From an uncultured Verrucomicrobiae bacterium (GTDB lineage Bacteria > Verrucomicrobiota > Verrucomicrobiia > Chthoniobacterales > Chthoniobacteraceae): a stretch of DNA of 64,000 bases. The DNA lies in assembly GCA_963836755.1 (NCBI GenBank), contig CAWIKF010000002.1:2080001-2144000 (forward strand), read 5' to 3'. The notes under the pieces are model-generated. The model was not told the origin of the DNA, did not search any database, and was given only the letters and a program-made list of their open reading frames with translations. Made by a program: the position numbers and the translations under genes. Each line of letters starts with the position of its first letter. Position 1 is the stretch's first letter. This document shows positions 61,695 to 64,000 of the stretch, piece by piece.

Positions 61695-64000
61695 CTACTG
61701 CTGGGTGTTAAGCTTGGCGGCAACTGATTCGTCCACGTGGACCTCGAAGCGATCGAGGTGGAGTTTGTCGGGCCTGCTGCCGTAGAGATCGAAGACTACG
61801 AGATCATTGTCGCCTTCTTTCAACCAGCACTCCGGCATGTAAAGCGGGTAGTTTTGCGGCGAACGCGATTCGCCGAGGTTGTGGCCATTGAGCCAGACGT
61901 GCCCGGCCTTCAATCCATCGGTGAGCAGACCGATCGTCTCGCGCATGCCGGCTGGTTGATGGTAGTCAAAAGTGCATTTCCAAAAGATAGGTCCTGAAGG
62001 CGCCGAGCCCGACTGCCACGGCTGATGCGCGAGAAAGTCGCTCCAATTCGTCACCTTCCCGATGATGCCAGTTTCTTCCAAGTCATCGAGGCCGCCATGG
62101 AAGTGCCAGGTCGCATGCGCCAGTGGTGAGTTATGCCAGAGGCTTAAGCCAAGCTGCCCGGTGTCACCGCCAAGCCGGCTTCGGATCAGGACAAGGACCG
62201 TGTTCTTGCCGGGGATGAGGAGCTTCGATGCGTCGACGGTTTGGTCCGCCAGCAACTGGCCGTTGAGATAAACGATGACCTTGGGAGGCTGAGGCTCTCG
62301 TTGCCCCTTCACCGCCGGCGGCGGATCGAAGCGGGGCGATTCGATCATCGAGTCGACTTGCGCCGACGTGACGTTGAAGGCGCCGCGATACAAAGAGTCG
62401 CCGCGCGCAATGGTGAGCGCGAGCGCGGATGGATTGACCGCAGTCCACGCGGAATCGTCGTAGTCGGGTTTGGCGACCTCAGCGACGTCGCCCTTGGTGG
62501 CCTGCTCCCATTTTTTCCAAATGACATCGAGCCGCGTCGCAGCCGAATCGGTGGAGACTCCGCCCCACAATCCGCGCGCCGTCCGCATGCCATCGAGGTC
62601 ATAGAAGAGGGTCTTCGATCGTGGAGACGACTTGACGAGAATGGCCAAAGAGTTGTCGCCCGGCTGCGCGTCGGGAAAGGTGAGCGAGCCGGACTCGCCG
62701 TAGTTCAGCGTGGTCGTCGTGCCGGCTTTGCCGTTGAGGTATGGGATAAAAGTTCCGGACTGGCCGCCGAAGTGCAACGAAACCGGCCCGGCCTTGTCCG
62801 CATGCAGCGTGGCGCGATACCAGCCATAACGGTTCTGAAAGCTGTCGTAAGTTTCCATCGGATGCGGGCCGGTCGAGGAAAGCCACGTGTCGGTTTTCAG
62901 CTTCGCATCCCGCTCCGGCGCGGCATCGCGCCAAGTCCAGCTTCCAAGCGCGGGAAGATCGGGAACCTTGGCGGCCGCCTGCGCCACTTCCGATTTTCCC
63001 GAGGCCGCGTAGATCGTCGCTTTTCCACCCTCCGGTGGAAACTCCATTTGGCCATCTTCGCGCACGAACGATGGGCCGATGATGATCTTTCCCTGCGTGA
63101 GCCACGTGCGGTTCGTCATCTCCGTGTTCATGACAAGGAGCACGGTATGCCGGCCGTCGCTCGCAGGGAGGTCGATTTCTGATACGGAGTCGCCCGCGGG
63201 ATAGGTGAAATCAAACTGAGTCCGCGGCATCCGCTCGGCGTTCAGGAAGCGCAGCGTGACCTCGCCGGTGTCGCCGGCCGGGCCGTAGCAAATCCAGTAG
63301 TCGGTCTTGCCGATCGTCTGACGCGCCATGACGTTGGTGCAGATCGATTCAAACGACGCGTTCTCCGTCCATGGCACGCTGAGCAAAATCGTCCGCGGCT
63401 CACCGGTGCCGATGTGGAAGCTCCCCTTGTGCGGCAACGTCAACCCACCCACCGTCACATGTGTCTCCAGCGGAATGTTCGGATCGGCAGCAGGCGCGCC
63501 CTTGCGCTGGAAATTATCCACCATGATGAAACTGCCTTGCGTAGGATTGGTGCGCGCGGTCACGCGCAGCGCGGGCTGGTCGCAAATCGCGAGCGTCGGA
63601 TCATTGTGGCTGCCGGTTAAAAGCGGCGTGAAAGTTTGCGCGAAATACGCCGCGCGCCGGGCGGGAAAATAAAGATTGTGCAACTGTCCTGCCTCACCGA
63701 CCGGCGCGGAATAATCATACGAGACGCCGGGCGATTCGCCGTCGCCGGAGTAGCCGAAATTCGTCCCGCCGTGCCCCATGTAGTAATTGTAGCCTGCGCC
63801 GCCGAACGCGATGATCTTCCAGGTGCCGTGGATCTTTCCATCGAGCGCGCCCTTCGAGAGATCGCCATTGGTCCAGGTCGCAGTCGGTCTGCCGACGTAG
63901 CCGGTCCAGAACTCGGTGCTATACCAAGGCGACGGAGTGATCGCAAAGGGCGCCTCATCCGACGCCGTGGGATCGGAGCGGTGACGCAGACCGGAGTTAA
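61695..64000 (-). CDS. GH35 beta-galactosidase-like protein, 5' end beyond the window
   Basis: Frame open to the edge; STEFWTG nucleophile region, YNYYMGHGGTNFG, SYDYSAP, GHVWLNGHNLG, YMPECWLKEGDN. Confidence 0.88.
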   Translation of the reverse strand, partial: NSGLRHRSDPTASDEAPFAITPSPWYSTEFWTGYVGRPTATWTNGDLSKGALDGKIHGTWKIIAFGGAGYNYYMGHGGTNFGYSGDGESPGVSYDYSAPVGEAGQLHNLYFPARRAAYFAQTFTPLLTGSHNDPTLAICDQPALRVTARTNPTQGSFIMVDNFQRKGAPAADPNIPLETHVTVGGLTLPHKGSFHIGTGEPRTILLSVPWTENASFESICTNVMARQTIGKTDYWICYGPAGDTGEVTLRFLNAERMPRTQFDFTYPAGDSVSEIDLPASDGRHTVLLVMNTEMTNRTWLTQGKIIIGPSFVREDGQMEFPPEGGKATIYAASGKSEVAQAAAKVPDLPALGSWTWRDAAPERDAKLKTDTWLSSTGPHPMETYDSFQNRYGWYRATLHADKAGPVSLHFGGQSGTFIPYLNGKAGTTTTLNYGESGSLTFPDAQPGDNSLAILVKSSPRSKTLFYDLDGMRTARGLWGGVSTDSAATRLDVIWKKWEQATKGDVAEVAKPDYDDSAWTAVNPSALALTIARGDSLYRGAFNVTSAQVDSMIESPRFDPPPAVKGQREPQPPKVIVYLNGQLLADQTVDASKLLIPGKNTVLVLIRSRLGGDTGQLGLSLWHNSPLAHATWHFHGGLDDLEETGIIGKVTNWSDFLAHQPWQSGSAPSGPIFWKCTFDYHQPAGMRETIGLLTDGLKAGHVWLNGHNLGESRSPQNYPLYMPECWLKEGDNDLVVFDLYGSRPDKLHLDRFEVHVDESVAAKLNTQQ

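Overview
GC-rich bacterial chromosomal segment. Gene style (DUF5069, prepilin/H-X-DG pseudopilin, futalosine mqnC, nuo operon starting at nuoD) suggests Verrucomicrobiota, probably Chthoniobacterales-like; this is inference. About 1-49 kb is mostly core genome: fcl, argG, a nuoD-N operon (fused NuoE-NuoF, an inserted lipoprotein, a perfect Rex/CRP-type operator), a CHASE2 adenylate cyclase/FecR/outer-membrane barrel trio, pgsA-der, a wHTH-ispH-DUF4173 operon with two matching palindromic operators, clpB, OprB/HupE, nadD-rsfS, namZ/nagZ, mqnC, aroB, and a TPP riboswitch before a doubly frameshifted thiC. From about 49.6 kb the region is accessory: an AT-richer Mrr-like nuclease-STAND NTPase gene (candidate anti-phage defence), VOC proteins, a frameshifted alcohol dehydrogenase, a J-domain protein, a HEAT-methyltransferase, a CBS-PP2C phosphatase, a SIR2-like remnant, a BNR propeller-MoaD pair and a partial GH35. 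The most unusual non-coding signal is an array at 42.06-42.35 kb built on an exact 41-nt register. It has three palindromic units and a 34-bp long-range stem, directly upstream of an orphan gene. No tRNA, rRNA, transposase or CRISPR-cas locus was recognised. All calls are by eye from motifs; no searches were run.
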